Both the position numbers and the translations under genes were made by a program. A stretch of 64,000 nt of DNA from a virus. The stretch lies in the IMG/VR virus record IMGVR_UViG_3300050821_007134, positions 107,074-171,073 of that record; one strand, written 5' to 3'. This document shows, one piece after another, positions 47,596 to 57,677 of the stretch; the stretch's first letter is position 1; every line of letters begins with the position of its first letter. The notes beneath the pieces are model-generated. The model was not told the DNA's origin. It saw only the letters and a program-made list of their open reading frames with translations, and searched no databases.

Positions 47596-49851
47596 TTACC
47601 TTAAGAATCTATGTATGTCGATCCTCATGGTTCTCGCACTGGTGTTAGTAGATGTATATCGTAACTCTATGTTTGAGCCGTTTACGACTGCTGTGAATGT
47701 CACGCCAATATCGGCTGTATCATTCGAAGTATCCGTTAAAGATGCACTAGATCCATCACTATTGGCTACAAGAGACAACTTACCCATTCTAACGATTGTT
47801 GGAGATGAGTTATCGGTCATGTAGTATTCAGCCTGATAACCAGCGTATGTTGCGAATGCGAACGTTGTAGAAGCGTCCACAGCCACAGCCGAAGATTGGT
47901 TATTGGCTAAAGTGATAGAATCGACGTATTGCTTTTCAATGTACCTTGAAGTCGAGGGACCAATTCGTTCCATGTTGACGACAACATTGGGGCTATTTGC
48001 ATTGCTGTCCGTTATAAAACCACTAGGATCACTGAATAATGCTCTATTTGGATTTAACGCAGCGAGTTTAGTCAGAGCAATTGCTGCGGAAGCTGCAATT
48101 TGGGTATTTGAAATACCGCCTGCTTTAACTTCTAACGCGTTGCCACTAATATCGATAGTAGTACCGTCTGGATTAACTGCGATACCTGCGGCGCCAACAA
48201 TAATGGCTCCGGCTGGATCTCTCTTAACAATTAAGCTTCCAGGAGTAGAAGTTAAAGAGTTGTCTCCAGGAGTAACGTCAACATTTTGGCCAGTTTGAGT
48301 TAAGCCGTTTCTGAAAACATATGGATTGACTGATGCGAATTTTGCAAATGTAAGTGCGGTTGCGCCAATGACGATTGTTGCGGGAGCTTGTTGAACCCAG
48401 GCAGTCAAGGCATTAACTGTACCTTCATCTACGAAGGCAGCAGCAGCCAATAATTCAGTAGGAGTATTGGCATCTAAAGAACGAGTCAAAACCCAAGGAA
48501 CACTTACTGTATCCCCTTGTTGACTTAAATAATAAATACCATTGTTTGCTGGATTGGCTTCACCATTAACGATGATTCGATCATTGAGGGCAAGCGTTAC
48601 GCCATCAACAGCAGCGAAGGCAGGGAATGTTCCATCGGCAGATGTTAAAGTTGCGCCTACGCCAGATGCTCCGTTGTTATATGTATTTGTCGGGAGAGGA
48701 GAAGTGCTGATTGCACGAACATGTTGTTTCCAATCAATACCTTGTAAGTATTGTTGCATTTGGCCAAGACTAACGGCATCGGTAAGTGCAGTTGCAGGGG
48801 CTAAGTTATTTATCTGATTTCCGCCCATATTGATAGCGCCAGACATCGTCCCGCCAGCAAGTGGCAAGAATGATGGAGCAACCCAATGGCCAGATCCAAG
48901 AGTATCCGAAGATGTCCAAAGCCATCCTGCGCTACCTTCAGAACCATCTACAAATCTAATTTTTCCTCGTACTGCACCGGCATTTCCAATTTGAAGTATT
49001 ACGTTACCAGAGTTTCCACTTGTAGAAGCTCCAGAACCAAAAGTTGCGTCTCCAGTATTTCCAGTATTGGCATTTCCAGTTGCGATCTGTGCTGGTCCAG
49101 AATTTCCAGAACCGGCAGCCGATCCTGTACCTGCTAAATAATTACCTGTATTGGCGGTTGCAGTGGGATCTGTTACATTTCCGGAAGCTACGTATAGACC
49201 GCCCGTGGGAGCCGTAGCACCAACTGCCGTGTTATCTCCGCTGATTAAATAAACATAAGTTGTCGCAATTGAAGCAACTGCGGTATCAGTGCTACCTATA
49301 ACAAAAACATCTGCATCTGTTCCATTTTGGGAAGAATCGATAAACAAACCAGGAGTTGGTCCGCCCCAAACGTTAACACTTTGAGCCATACTAAAGAAAA
49401 AGTTGTTGTTGAAGAAACGAACATTTCCTTGAGTTGCAGTAGCGCTACCAGGATTTAAGTTGATATTCCCTGAATTACCAGAGGAAGCATTTCCAGACGT
49501 TACGTTTACATCGCTAGAAGTTATTCCATTGGCAGTCATCAAAGCTAATGCGCTTGCGCCAGAATTTACTTGGACTGTATTAACTGAAGACCATCGTAAA
49601 GAGGCACTGCCGATATTGCGAGTTAAATCCGCAGATGGTAGTAAATCTTGATTGATAGACGTAGTCGTTAGGTTGCTTAGAGCAGTATTAGCTCCTGTTG
49701 CGGAAACTAAATTTGTCCATGCTCCACCTATGTATGCACGGAATAAATTGCTGGCCGTATTATAGTAAATTTCCCCGTTAAATCCAACGCCGGGATCGGC
49801 TGCGAGATTCCCTAAAACTATCGGACTTAGGCCTAATTTATACTCGTTCAT
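47596..49851 (-). CDS. Tail fibre protein, 751 aa
   Basis: FLPLAGGTMSGAINMGGNQINNLA..DAV fibre motif; KQHVRA..VDGVTL..NDRI..NGIY..LTRS.D domain; Gly/Asn/Ser repeats. Confidence 0.8.
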   Translation of the reverse strand: MNEYKLGLSPIVLGNLAADPGVGFNGEIYYNTASNLFRAYIGGAWTNLVSATGANTALSNLTTTSINQDLLPSADLTRNIGSASLRWSSVNTVQVNSGASALALMTANGITSSDVNVTSGNASSGNSGNINLNPGSATATQGNVRFFNNNFFFSMAQSVNVWGGPTPGLFIDSSQNGTDADVFVIGSTDTAVASIATTYVYLISGDNTAVGATAPTGGLYVASGNVTDPTATANTGNYLAGTGSAAGSGNSGPAQIATGNANTGNTGDATFGSGASTSGNSGNVILQIGNAGAVRGKIRFVDGSEGSAGWLWTSSDTLGSGHWVAPSFLPLAGGTMSGAINMGGNQINNLAPATALTDAVSLGQMQQYLQGIDWKQHVRAISTSPLPTNTYNNGASGVGATLTSADGTFPAFAAVDGVTLALNDRIIVNGEANPANNGIYYLSQQGDTVSVPWVLTRSLDANTPTELLAAAAFVDEGTVNALTAWVQQAPATIVIGATALTFAKFASVNPYVFRNGLTQTGQNVDVTPGDNSLTSTPGSLIVKRDPAGAIIVGAAGIAVNPDGTTIDISGNALEVKAGGISNTQIAASAAIALTKLAALNPNRALFSDPSGFITDSNANSPNVVVNMERIGPSTSRYIEKQYVDSITLANNQSSAVAVDASTTFAFATYAGYQAEYYMTDNSSPTIVRMGKLSLVANSDGSSASLTDTSNDTADIGVTFTAVVNGSNIELRYTSTNTSARTMRIDIHRFLR

Positions 49852-49863
49852 GTTTTATTCCTT

Positions 49864-50214
49864 TTAATTCTTTATGTTTCTTACTGAATACCAAAATCGA
49901 CCAGATTGACTTATATGGGAAGAAATGTATTGCACTTCCAAATTAGGCCCGCTTATAGCCGGTGACAACAATACACCTGTAAGATTCGTTCCGGTGTTGT
50001 CATTCGATAGACTAATATTGGCGCCATTTGTGGAAACCATGATACGACCTATTTCACTCACAGTTCCCCTAATTATTGAATATTCCACGATAATATTGGG
50101 AGAGGTACCAATGGCCAAAGAGAACAATACCGAAGGTGTCACTTGGTTATCATTGATCGTAATAGGGCCTGCAATGATCTGAGTTGGATAGTTTATGTTT
50201 GGCAATAAGGCCAT
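49864..50214 (-). CDS. Small tail-associated protein made of one module shared with both flanking genes
   Basis: 116 aa; similar to the C-terminal regions of 47596..49851 and 50216..57079. Confidence 0.7.
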   Translation of the reverse strand: MALLPNINYPTQIIAGPITINDNQVTPSVLFSLAIGTSPNIIVEYSIIRGTVSEIGRIMVSTNGANISLSNDNTGTNLTGVLLSPAISGPNLEVQYISSHISQSGRFWYSVRNIKN

Positions 50215-50215
50215 A

Positions 50216-53200
50216 TTATGCTCTCTTTATAATTTCTACAGTCAAAGGACTGGTTGTAATATCCGCTGTGAATTGAATTTGAGTACTCGAAACTTCAGTA
50301 TAATAAGTTCCACCTGATGGAGGTGTTACCGCAGAACTTACAAATCTTGAAATTCTTTGACCGTTAACGAACACGTCCAAATTACCGACGGTTGATCCGC
50401 CGTTTGATCCAACAGTGTAAGCAAACAGAAGAGTAACGTTAGTCAATCCCAAAACATTGAATGGAGATAGACAATTGTAAGGGGTGCTAGAACCATCTGA
50501 CATAGTGAATGCAGAAGCTAGAACTCCTCCAGGAAGAACAGGAGAATAACTTGGCAATCCAGTAGGACCGGCTCCGCCGTCTGACCATCTCTTGATGGAG
50601 TACTTGAATGTAACGTCTCCACCAGAATTATCGGTTACATAAGAAAGTGAAACGTTTCCACCAGACATCGAGCCTGAGAACGTCACTCCAGTTGCGGCAG
50701 TATAGGCGCCACCAGCAGAAGCTTCTGCTACGATTCCATTATTAGTGAGCCAGATGGTACCTGTTTCTTTGTTTCCACTTCTGAGGATAGAGAAATCTAT
50801 AATGATGTTCTCACTTCCAAGAGCAGTTACAGAGAAAACGTTTCCAGATGTATTATTCAAAAGTGTTGAAGTAATAATGGAACTTTGTTCCCAGAAATCA
50901 ACTCCGTTGAAATATCTTACAGTGTTATTTACTAACCATGTAGAACCGTTGAATTCTGAAATCTGATTTGCAAACTCAATACCTTGAGTGATTACTAGTA
51001 AATCACCGATAGCAGGATCATAGGGAGATGCAAATTCTGGTTGAGGAGTCCAGGATATAGATCCAGGGATAACAGTTCCAGCTAAGGCACTATCATCGAC
51101 GATTACATGATAAAGAGTTCCAGAAGTTAAAGACGTAGTACCTGCGAAGTTAAAGGTGTAGGTCGTAGGCGTAGTCGTTAAAATAGCCGAGTTAACTGGA
51201 GAACTGGTCTCTAATAATGTACCTGGCTGACCGGCGCTATCTGTATAAACTTTAGCTACTAAATTTCCGCTATTTGGGGGAGATGCGGTCAAGATAGATA
51301 ATTGAAACTTAGCATCGGTTAAGAATGCAGTAGATGCAGCCGTAAATGTTTGACCAAGACTTGTTGTATTTGTCGTCTCATTCTCTGTAGAATTGATGGA
51401 TAAATTCTGAGCAATAATAGTCGGTGTCGATCCGCCACCAGAGAAGGGAGGGAATACGTCAAATATATCTGTAACTCCGCCGCCGCCGCTGGACCATGTC
51501 GATCCTGAATTTAAAGTCTGAACTGAACTTGGAGGTACGGATGTTGGAGTTATAATCCAAGCCCCCCAATGAATAGAGTTACCAACACTTATGCCAGTAA
51601 CATTAGTCGGATCAAGAACGATAAAATATACAGTACCGGATGTTAATCCAAGTGTTTGAGGAACTGAATAATTTTGGAATTCAGCCGTTAAAGTACTAGC
51701 GTCAATGAAACTATATTGACTTAGTCTTACTCCGGGTACTCCGCCACTATTGGAATAAATTGAAACTCTAAGATTTCCTTGTAATGCACCTGGAGCTGCA
51801 CCTGTTCCTAATGGAAGTTTAACTGATCCCATCGTAATATTCGAAGGAGCAGTAAAGGGTTGAGCACGCCAGTTAGAAGTAGCAGTGAGAGTTTGAAAAT
51901 TCATCTGCTGACTTGGACCAGGCAATGCAACTGAGTTAGTAGCTATGCGATTCGCATTGACAGCTACGAAATAATGCTGATTAACAGGAGATCCACTATC
52001 CAGCAATGGTGTAGGGAATGTTGCGCCCGTATCAGTCGATTCAATTGCTCCAGGACTTGTTAAGGATGGAGTGTCAGAAGCGATTCTAATTTCGTATGAT
52101 CCACTCACTAAAGTCAAGTGAGCTAGACTGGTTACTAAATGATACGTAGTTCCAGAAACAAGAGTAGCACCAACAAAATTATATGGATTAAAATTACCAG
52201 GAGATGTCGGTATTAAATTGTGTGCGATTGAACTTAAATTACTAAGCAGTGTTCCAGGTTGGCCCGAACCATTATCTGCATAAATTCCTAAAGTAATATA
52301 TCCGTTGTATGTACTGCCGTTACCGATCCAAAGATCTACTGAGGCAGAAACAACATCGCCATTGGCAGATGCAACGAAAGGTTGAGATGTTGCAAAATTG
52401 GTTCCGGTTAATGCATTAAATTGTGTACCGTTATTGTACTGTCCAACTGATGTATCGCCCGAGCCTCTGCTACCGGCAAGAACTGTATAAATAGCAGTTG
52501 TACTTCCAATAATTGGGAATGTCGACCCGCCATCGCTTGATAGACTTAATTCTGGAGGTTGAGTCGCAGCACATGCGCCTGTACCTAAGAAGATAATTCC
52601 TGAACCTCCTAGACCAGTTACGTTTGCGAAATTCCAAAGTATCCAATATTGATTTCCAGCGACTAAAGTTGTCGTTGTAAGTTGAGTTATGATGTAATTG
52701 ATTCCAACGCCTGCATTTGTTAACGTGCTTGCGTTTACGTTTACACTGTTAATTAAAGAGCCTGGAGATCCAGCACTGTCGTTGTAGATACCGACGCTAA
52801 ATGTTCCACCTAAAACTCCACTAGCTCTAGACATTGTGTACATTACAGCAGCAGTTGTCTGAGTAATATTTGGACTAAACGGTTGAGCTGCAACATTACT
52901 TGTCGAAGTAATGCTGATATTATCAGTAGAAGAAACACCGAATACGTTCTCGGCCATTAATCCCGAACTGGTAGTTACGTTGAAATTTGCATTTACACTA
53001 GAATTGACTGACCAAGTTCCGCCGCTATTTGTGGAAGTAAGTAGGAATGGATTAGTCGCACCAGAAGTACTAACCAATAATCGGAGAGTGCTTGCAAAAC
53101 TTACATTGGTTGGATCAATTACCAAGTGATATGTTTGACCAGATACTAAAGATCCGTAAGCAAAGTAAGTGGTTATTGCTGAAGGAGTTTGACTACCAGA

Positions 53201-56200
53201 TGCGGTTGCGCCTAAATCGGCGGTATTAATTGGGGCGATACTACTGATTCTTGTTCCAGGAACGCCAGCATTATCTGTCCAAATACTTAGATCTAAATTT
53301 CCACTTCCGACTGTCGCATCCCAATAAGTTCTGATAGTAACTGATCCTAATGGACCAGAAACAGAAGCAACAAAGGGTTGATCAATCCAATCAACACCCG
53401 AAGTCATGTCAGAGAAAACAAGACCACTTCCACTAAATGAACCTGCTATGGCAGGATTTCCACTACCAGTGGTAATTGTTCCATCGATTGTAAACCACAT
53501 ATCGTTGGCTGGTTGAGCTGTAGCTATGCCGCCTGTAACGACTTCCATATTTCCACCAGCGTAAGGATTGGCGGTGGACATTTGGAATACGATTTGATTT
53601 GGTAAAGTAGGAGATGTACTGCCAGGAGTAACGGCTGCTTCATACACTCTATTGTTGCCACTAAGAAGTTGTGTAAAAACAACTAAATCGTTATTTGCAA
53701 CTGTAACTCCATCAATGACAACGGGTGTAGAAGATGGTAATGCAGTATCTACGCCGTCATATAAATTGACTTTTATTAAAGATCCAGATCCACTTCCAGA
53801 TCCAGAGCCAACTCCGAGTTGAACGATATTAGCTTGAGGGATTGGAGAAATATTTGTACCATCAGAAGATGTAACTACTATTTGTCCAAGAGCAATGCCG
53901 GTTCCGGCAAAAATTGATCTAGGTGCAGCGGCAGCTGAAGCTCCATCGGCGGCAGCGGGCAATACTAGAATATCGCCGCTCATTCTGTTATCGGAACCAA
54001 GAACATTTGGAATTACAACGATAGTAAACCAACGCCACATTCCAGCGGCAGGAATTACAGGAGTAAAGTTAACTCCGGAAACACCACTAATAACGCCTGT
54101 TTGAAAATTGACTGTTGCGCCTGGGAAGTTAAGTAAGAAGCTACTGATTCTTTGGCTTCTGGTTTCGCCAGTAAGCATTGTTACATCAGAATTGCTGATC
54201 AAAATAGTTTGATTATTTGTAGGTCTAACAGCTGAAAGTCTTAATTCACTGAAATATTGATCCAATACTCCAAGAGCGCCATCATTCAGGGAAGCTTCTC
54301 CGTCTAAGAGAGCAAATGAATGTGTGCCAACGATGATTTGAGAACCATTTCTTCGAGCAATAATAACAGTATTGGAATCAAGAGCAACCGAGGCAATGGC
54401 TGCAACGTTTACGGTCAATGTGGCTGGAGCCCCTGAACGATTGATTTCAACATAGGCGACTTGATCATCAGATGCGAGGGTTACACTTCCTGCGGCGATT
54501 CTGTTTAAGTTATCGGCCTGGCCTGGAATTTGAATGAAGGCATCGGCAGACCAACTTAAAACTGGATCTGAGAAGAACCAAGTTCCACCTTTGATTAATT
54601 TTAGATTTCTATCTTGATTGGAAACTTTGATTGAAGTTCCAGCTGCTACATCGAGTTCACTGATTGCAGAAGTTAAATCAATACCTTGAGTAACGATATT
54701 TGTAGAACCATACTGAGGTTGCGTGTCACCTGCGTAAGCTGCTCCGATATATTCTAGAACGGCTTCCATTTGACTACTGTCATCAGAGATAACTTCACCT
54801 TGAGAAATTTCACCAATACCACGGAGATAAATTGTTGCTGTTCCGTTTACTGTTCCATTCCCGGAAGTTGCATCGAGTCCAGTGTTTACAACGGTGAAAG
54901 TATTTGCCGTTGGAGTTGTAATAACTTCATAAAAACCATTGAAAGTTGTATCGGTAACTCCAGCAACCTGTACGCCCTGACCGGCATTGATACCGTGAGG
55001 TCCAGTTGTCGTGAAAGTTGTGATACCGGATACGCGTACTGCGCCAGTAGCAGGAGCGGCGATGCTTGCTGTGATAGAGCCGTTATCATCTCGTTTTGCA
55101 ATCCAATAAACATTCCCATTGGCTGGAACGGAATCTGGATTGGAAACTTGCATTGTATATGAACCAGTATAGCTAAGAGCAATACCGGAAACACTTGCAC
55201 CGATTGGAACTGAACTTGGAACGTTTATGGTGGCCGGTTGACTTAAGGTAATTGCTGCCGTGAGAGCAATTAATCGTCCGTTAACTGTTCCACCAGAAGT
55301 ATTTGTAATTGATGCTTGAGCTATAATTGTACCGACGAATGTCCCTGGGCTACCTACGTTAATAGTAGCTGAACTTCCAATTGCCCAATAAACGTTAGAA
55401 GCTAAAGCTCCACCGGTCAAACTAATTGTGGCAACTCCGCCTGCGCCCGTAGTGAGAGAGGAAGCGCACTGAATGACAAATATGTCAGTTGCAGAACCGT
55501 GGAATGTTAGGGTTGCTGGACCAGATTGTGCCAAAGTAGCTGCACCTGAAGAGAAGCTATAAACACCTGCCGTAAGTGTCTGTCCATCAAGGGCTGAAGG
55601 AATTATTGTTGAAGGTCTGGTCGATAAATCAGTATAGGCAGCTAAAGCTCCGTTCTGAGCAGAATGAGCTGCGGCATTACCTAAATCAGTTGAACCTGTT
55701 ACAGTGAATGCGCCCGTAACAGTACTTCCAGGGTATTCTCCCATGCTACCGTTAACTGTACTTGTTCCAACGCTATTGGTGATCGCTGAAGCGGCCAAAA
55801 TACCGTAGTTTGCTGCGGTTCCTAAATTTGGACTTCCAGGAGGAGGAGTCGGTGCGCTAACACCATATGGATTTGCAAGAGTTATTGTATTCCCAGAAAC
55901 GTTAGTTACCTGGTCGATATTGGCCATACTGTCTGAGAAGAAAACAATATAATCGCCGGGGAAAATTCCAGCTACAAGAGATGAACCCGTAACGATGTTC
56001 GAACCATAAGTGAATGTGAATGTGTTTGAAGGCTGAAAATTATCTGCTCTATTTAAAACTACATAAGCAACTTGATGATCATTTAGGGTAACATTCCCAG
56101 CTGGTATCTTGTAACGTAAATTCCCGATGATCGAATCAATGTACAGATCGCCTGTCCAAGTCAACATACCAGGAGTTACTTTGCTGTGGATGAATTTGCC

Positions 56201-57079
56201 GCGCATAGCCAAGAGACTTGCGGAAGAGTCGAAGAATAGGTCAGTTAAATTGACTCCACCAACAGAAGATGATCCTGCGGTGTACCAAAATGCAGAACCT
56301 TTGATTTCTTTGATGACGCTCATTATGGCGTCTTTCCAGTCCTTTTCGGTGCCGAGCATCTTGTCGCCACCATGGAATGGATTTATTGCATTACTTGAAG
56401 AAATGAATGGGCTTTCAGTGCGCCCTTCAGATTGAGCGGTCCAAGGATATGAGTAAAATGGATTCGGAGTTGTTCGACCGGCGGTACCCAATCTCATCAT
56501 GAGTCGTCGATTGTCTTCAATACTTATGACATTGTTCCCGGCATCCGTGGTGATTGTACAAACAGGAAGAACGTTTGAGGCCCAGGTGCCAGTAGAAATT
56601 ACGATGTTGTACTGTAGAATTTGGGCTCGGGGGATGATCTTAGTTGTTTCATCATTGATGGTCGGGTCCCAAATATAAACTTGGGTCGCGGTAGTATCGT
56701 CAATGAATCGAACATATTCAATACCAACGAAATTAAGAGAACTTGGGGAGAATGATCCCTGTACAATGGGGTTTATAGCGCTGTTAAGGACCTGAGGAGC
56801 TGTTCCAGGCCTTACAACCAGGAAAGTACCTGACTGCTTTGATTTGGAGTGAAGTATGGCGGCCTGGTCAACGTTCATTAGGGCGCCGCTGGCGGCCCCG
56901 CCGATTAAACCGGCCATTGAGATATCGAAACCCCTAAAGATGTACCCTTCGCCTGATCCTAGGTAAAGTGTCTGCAATAACTCGTCAAAGTCATTGGATG
57001 CGGCGGATTCAATAGATCTTAGGTCTGGGACATCGACTCGTTGCTGTGATACCCAATTTACACGACGTTTTACTGCCAT
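50216..57079 (-). CDS. Giant baseplate-attached tail fibre/structural protein, 2287 aa, with an inserted DUF3494 domain and five tandem beta modules
   Basis: Position after baseplate genes; HGINAGQGV..NGFYEV (FCCH-like) motif; QPF..D..G.PGT..L.SG..Y repeats. Confidence 0.8.
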   Translation of the reverse strand: MAVKRRVNWVSQQRVDVPDLRSIESAASNDFDELLQTLYLGSGEGYIFRGFDISMAGLIGGAASGALMNVDQAAILHSKSKQSGTFLVVRPGTAPQVLNSAINPIVQGSFSPSSLNFVGIEYVRFIDDTTATQVYIWDPTINDETTKIIPRAQILQYNIVISTGTWASNVLPVCTITTDAGNNVISIEDNRRLMMRLGTAGRTTPNPFYSYPWTAQSEGRTESPFISSSNAINPFHGGDKMLGTEKDWKDAIMSVIKEIKGSAFWYTAGSSSVGGVNLTDLFFDSSASLLAMRGKFIHSKVTPGMLTWTGDLYIDSIIGNLRYKIPAGNVTLNDHQVAYVVLNRADNFQPSNTFTFTYGSNIVTGSSLVAGIFPGDYIVFFSDSMANIDQVTNVSGNTITLANPYGVSAPTPPPGSPNLGTAANYGILAASAITNSVGTSTVNGSMGEYPGSTVTGAFTVTGSTDLGNAAAHSAQNGALAAYTDLSTRPSTIIPSALDGQTLTAGVYSFSSGAATLAQSGPATLTFHGSATDIFVIQCASSLTTGAGGVATISLTGGALASNVYWAIGSSATINVGSPGTFVGTIIAQASITNTSGGTVNGRLIALTAAITLSQPATINVPSSVPIGASVSGIALSYTGSYTMQVSNPDSVPANGNVYWIAKRDDNGSITASIAAPATGAVRVSGITTFTTTGPHGINAGQGVQVAGVTDTTFNGFYEVITTPTANTFTVVNTGLDATSGNGTVNGTATIYLRGIGEISQGEVISDDSSQMEAVLEYIGAAYAGDTQPQYGSTNIVTQGIDLTSAISELDVAAGTSIKVSNQDRNLKLIKGGTWFFSDPVLSWSADAFIQIPGQADNLNRIAAGSVTLASDDQVAYVEINRSGAPATLTVNVAAIASVALDSNTVIIARRNGSQIIVGTHSFALLDGEASLNDGALGVLDQYFSELRLSAVRPTNNQTILISNSDVTMLTGETRSQRISSFLLNFPGATVNFQTGVISGVSGVNFTPVIPAAGMWRWFTIVVIPNVLGSDNRMSGDILVLPAAADGASAAAAPRSIFAGTGIALGQIVVTSSDGTNISPIPQANIVQLGVGSGSGSGSGSLIKVNLYDGVDTALPSSTPVVIDGVTVANNDLVVFTQLLSGNNRVYEAAVTPGSTSPTLPNQIVFQMSTANPYAGGNMEVVTGGIATAQPANDMWFTIDGTITTGSGNPAIAGSFSGSGLVFSDMTSGVDWIDQPFVASVSGPLGSVTIRTYWDATVGSGNLDLSIWTDNAGVPGTRISSIAPINTADLGATASGSQTPSAITTYFAYGSLVSGQTYHLVIDPTNVSFASTLRLLVSTSGATNPFLLTSTNSGGTWSVNSSVNANFNVTTSSGLMAENVFGVSSTDNISITSTSNVAAQPFSPNITQTTAAVMYTMSRASGVLGGTFSVGIYNDSAGSPGSLINSVNVNASTLTNAGVGINYIITQLTTTTLVAGNQYWILWNFANVTGLGGSGIIFLGTGACAATQPPELSLSSDGGSTFPIIGSTTAIYTVLAGSRGSGDTSVGQYNNGTQFNALTGTNFATSQPFVASANGDVVSASVDLWIGNGSTYNGYITLGIYADNGSGQPGTLLSNLSSIAHNLIPTSPGNFNPYNFVGATLVSGTTYHLVTSLAHLTLVSGSYEIRIASDTPSLTSPGAIESTDTGATFPTPLLDSGSPVNQHYFVAVNANRIATNSVALPGPSQQMNFQTLTATSNWRAQPFTAPSNITMGSVKLPLGTGAAPGALQGNLRVSIYSNSGGVPGVRLSQYSFIDASTLTAEFQNYSVPQTLGLTSGTVYFIVLDPTNVTGISVGNSIHWGAWIITPTSVPPSSVQTLNSGSTWSSGGGGVTDIFDVFPPFSGGGSTPTIIAQNLSINSTENETTNTTSLGQTFTAASTAFLTDAKFQLSILTASPPNSGNLVAKVYTDSAGQPGTLLETSSPVNSAILTTTPTTYTFNFAGTTSLTSGTLYHVIVDDSALAGTVIPGSISWTPQPEFASPYDPAIGDLLVITQGIEFANQISEFNGSTWLVNNTVRYFNGVDFWEQSSIITSTLLNNTSGNVFSVTALGSENIIIDFSILRSGNKETGTIWLTNNGIVAEASAGGAYTAATGVTFSGSMSGGNVSLSYVTDNSGGDVTFKYSIKRWSDGGAGPTGLPSYSPVLPGGVLASAFTMSDGSSTPYNCLSPFNVLGLTNVTLLFAYTVGSNGGSTVGNLDVFVNGQRISRFVSSAVTPPSGGTYYTEVSSTQIQFTADITTSPLTVEIIKRA
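55217..55828 (-). other. DUF3494 ice-binding-like beta-solenoid domain, copy 1
   Basis: NLGTAANYGILAASAITN..GQTLTAGVY..IFVIQ..SSLTT..GGALASNVYWAIGSSATI..FVGTIIAQASIT..VNGRLIALTAAITL. Confidence 0.88.
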
Positions 57080-57113
57080 TTACTTACCCTTAACTTTAGA
57101 CGGTTACTCTTAT

Positions 57114-57191
57114 AAGATTGCGTGGTTGCATATTCTGTTGTTCTTATTCTAAATATCATATAAACTGTCTCTGGCACGTAGGCTGAATCTT
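57114..57191. promoter_or_regulatory. Divergent pair of AATCTT motifs (minus 57114-57119; plus 57186-57191)
   Basis: Each lies about 20-35 nt upstream of the start codon on its own strand. Confidence 0.35.
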
Positions 57192-57213
57192 CATGGTAAG
57201 AGAATAGGAGATC

Positions 57214-57609
57214 TTGGTGGGAAAGACGAAACGTGGTGACCGAGAATATTCCAGAGAACAACAATTACTCTATGAAAACAAGAGGTTAAAGAGAGAGAAT
57301 GCAAAATTAAGAAAACTGGCCGCTAGAGCGAACCTAGACAAATTTTCAAGTGCAAAAGACCTAATTGAGCAGAATTATCAAGGAGATAGGGCTCAAGAAG
57401 GCGAAAAAATCGTCGAACAACTCAAGAAAGAATGGGCATGTCGGGAGCCAAGATGCGACGGATATCTAGAAATTTTCACTTACAATAAGATCGATGTGAC
57501 GTGGTATTTTCGAAAATGCTCTAACCCATCGTGTCATAATAGAACAAAAGCCAAACTTTATACGCCAGACGTAACTGGAATCACTAAAGAAACCGCCAAG
57601 TTAGAGTGA
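57214..57609 (+). CDS. Hypothetical protein, coiled-coil plus zinc ribbon
   Basis: AGGAG RBS; CREPRC...CSNPSC. Confidence 0.7.
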   Translation: MVGKTKRGDREYSREQQLLYENKRLKRENAKLRKLAARANLDKFSSAKDLIEQNYQGDRAQEGEKIVEQLKKEWACREPRCDGYLEIFTYNKIDVTWYFRKCSNPSCHNRTKAKLYTPDVTGITKETAKLE

Positions 57610-57610
57610 T

Positions 57611-57639
57611 TTGACTGTTTACCTTAATTGGGGTATAGT
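57611..57639 (+). promoter_or_regulatory. sigma70-type promoter TTGACT-N17-TATAGT
   Basis: Near-consensus boxes upstream of the SLT gene; followed by an ATCACC/GGTGAT hairpin and a GGAGG RBS. Confidence 0.75.
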
Positions 57640-57677
57640 AATACATCACCCTCATGGTGATATATGGAGGTTTTGTG

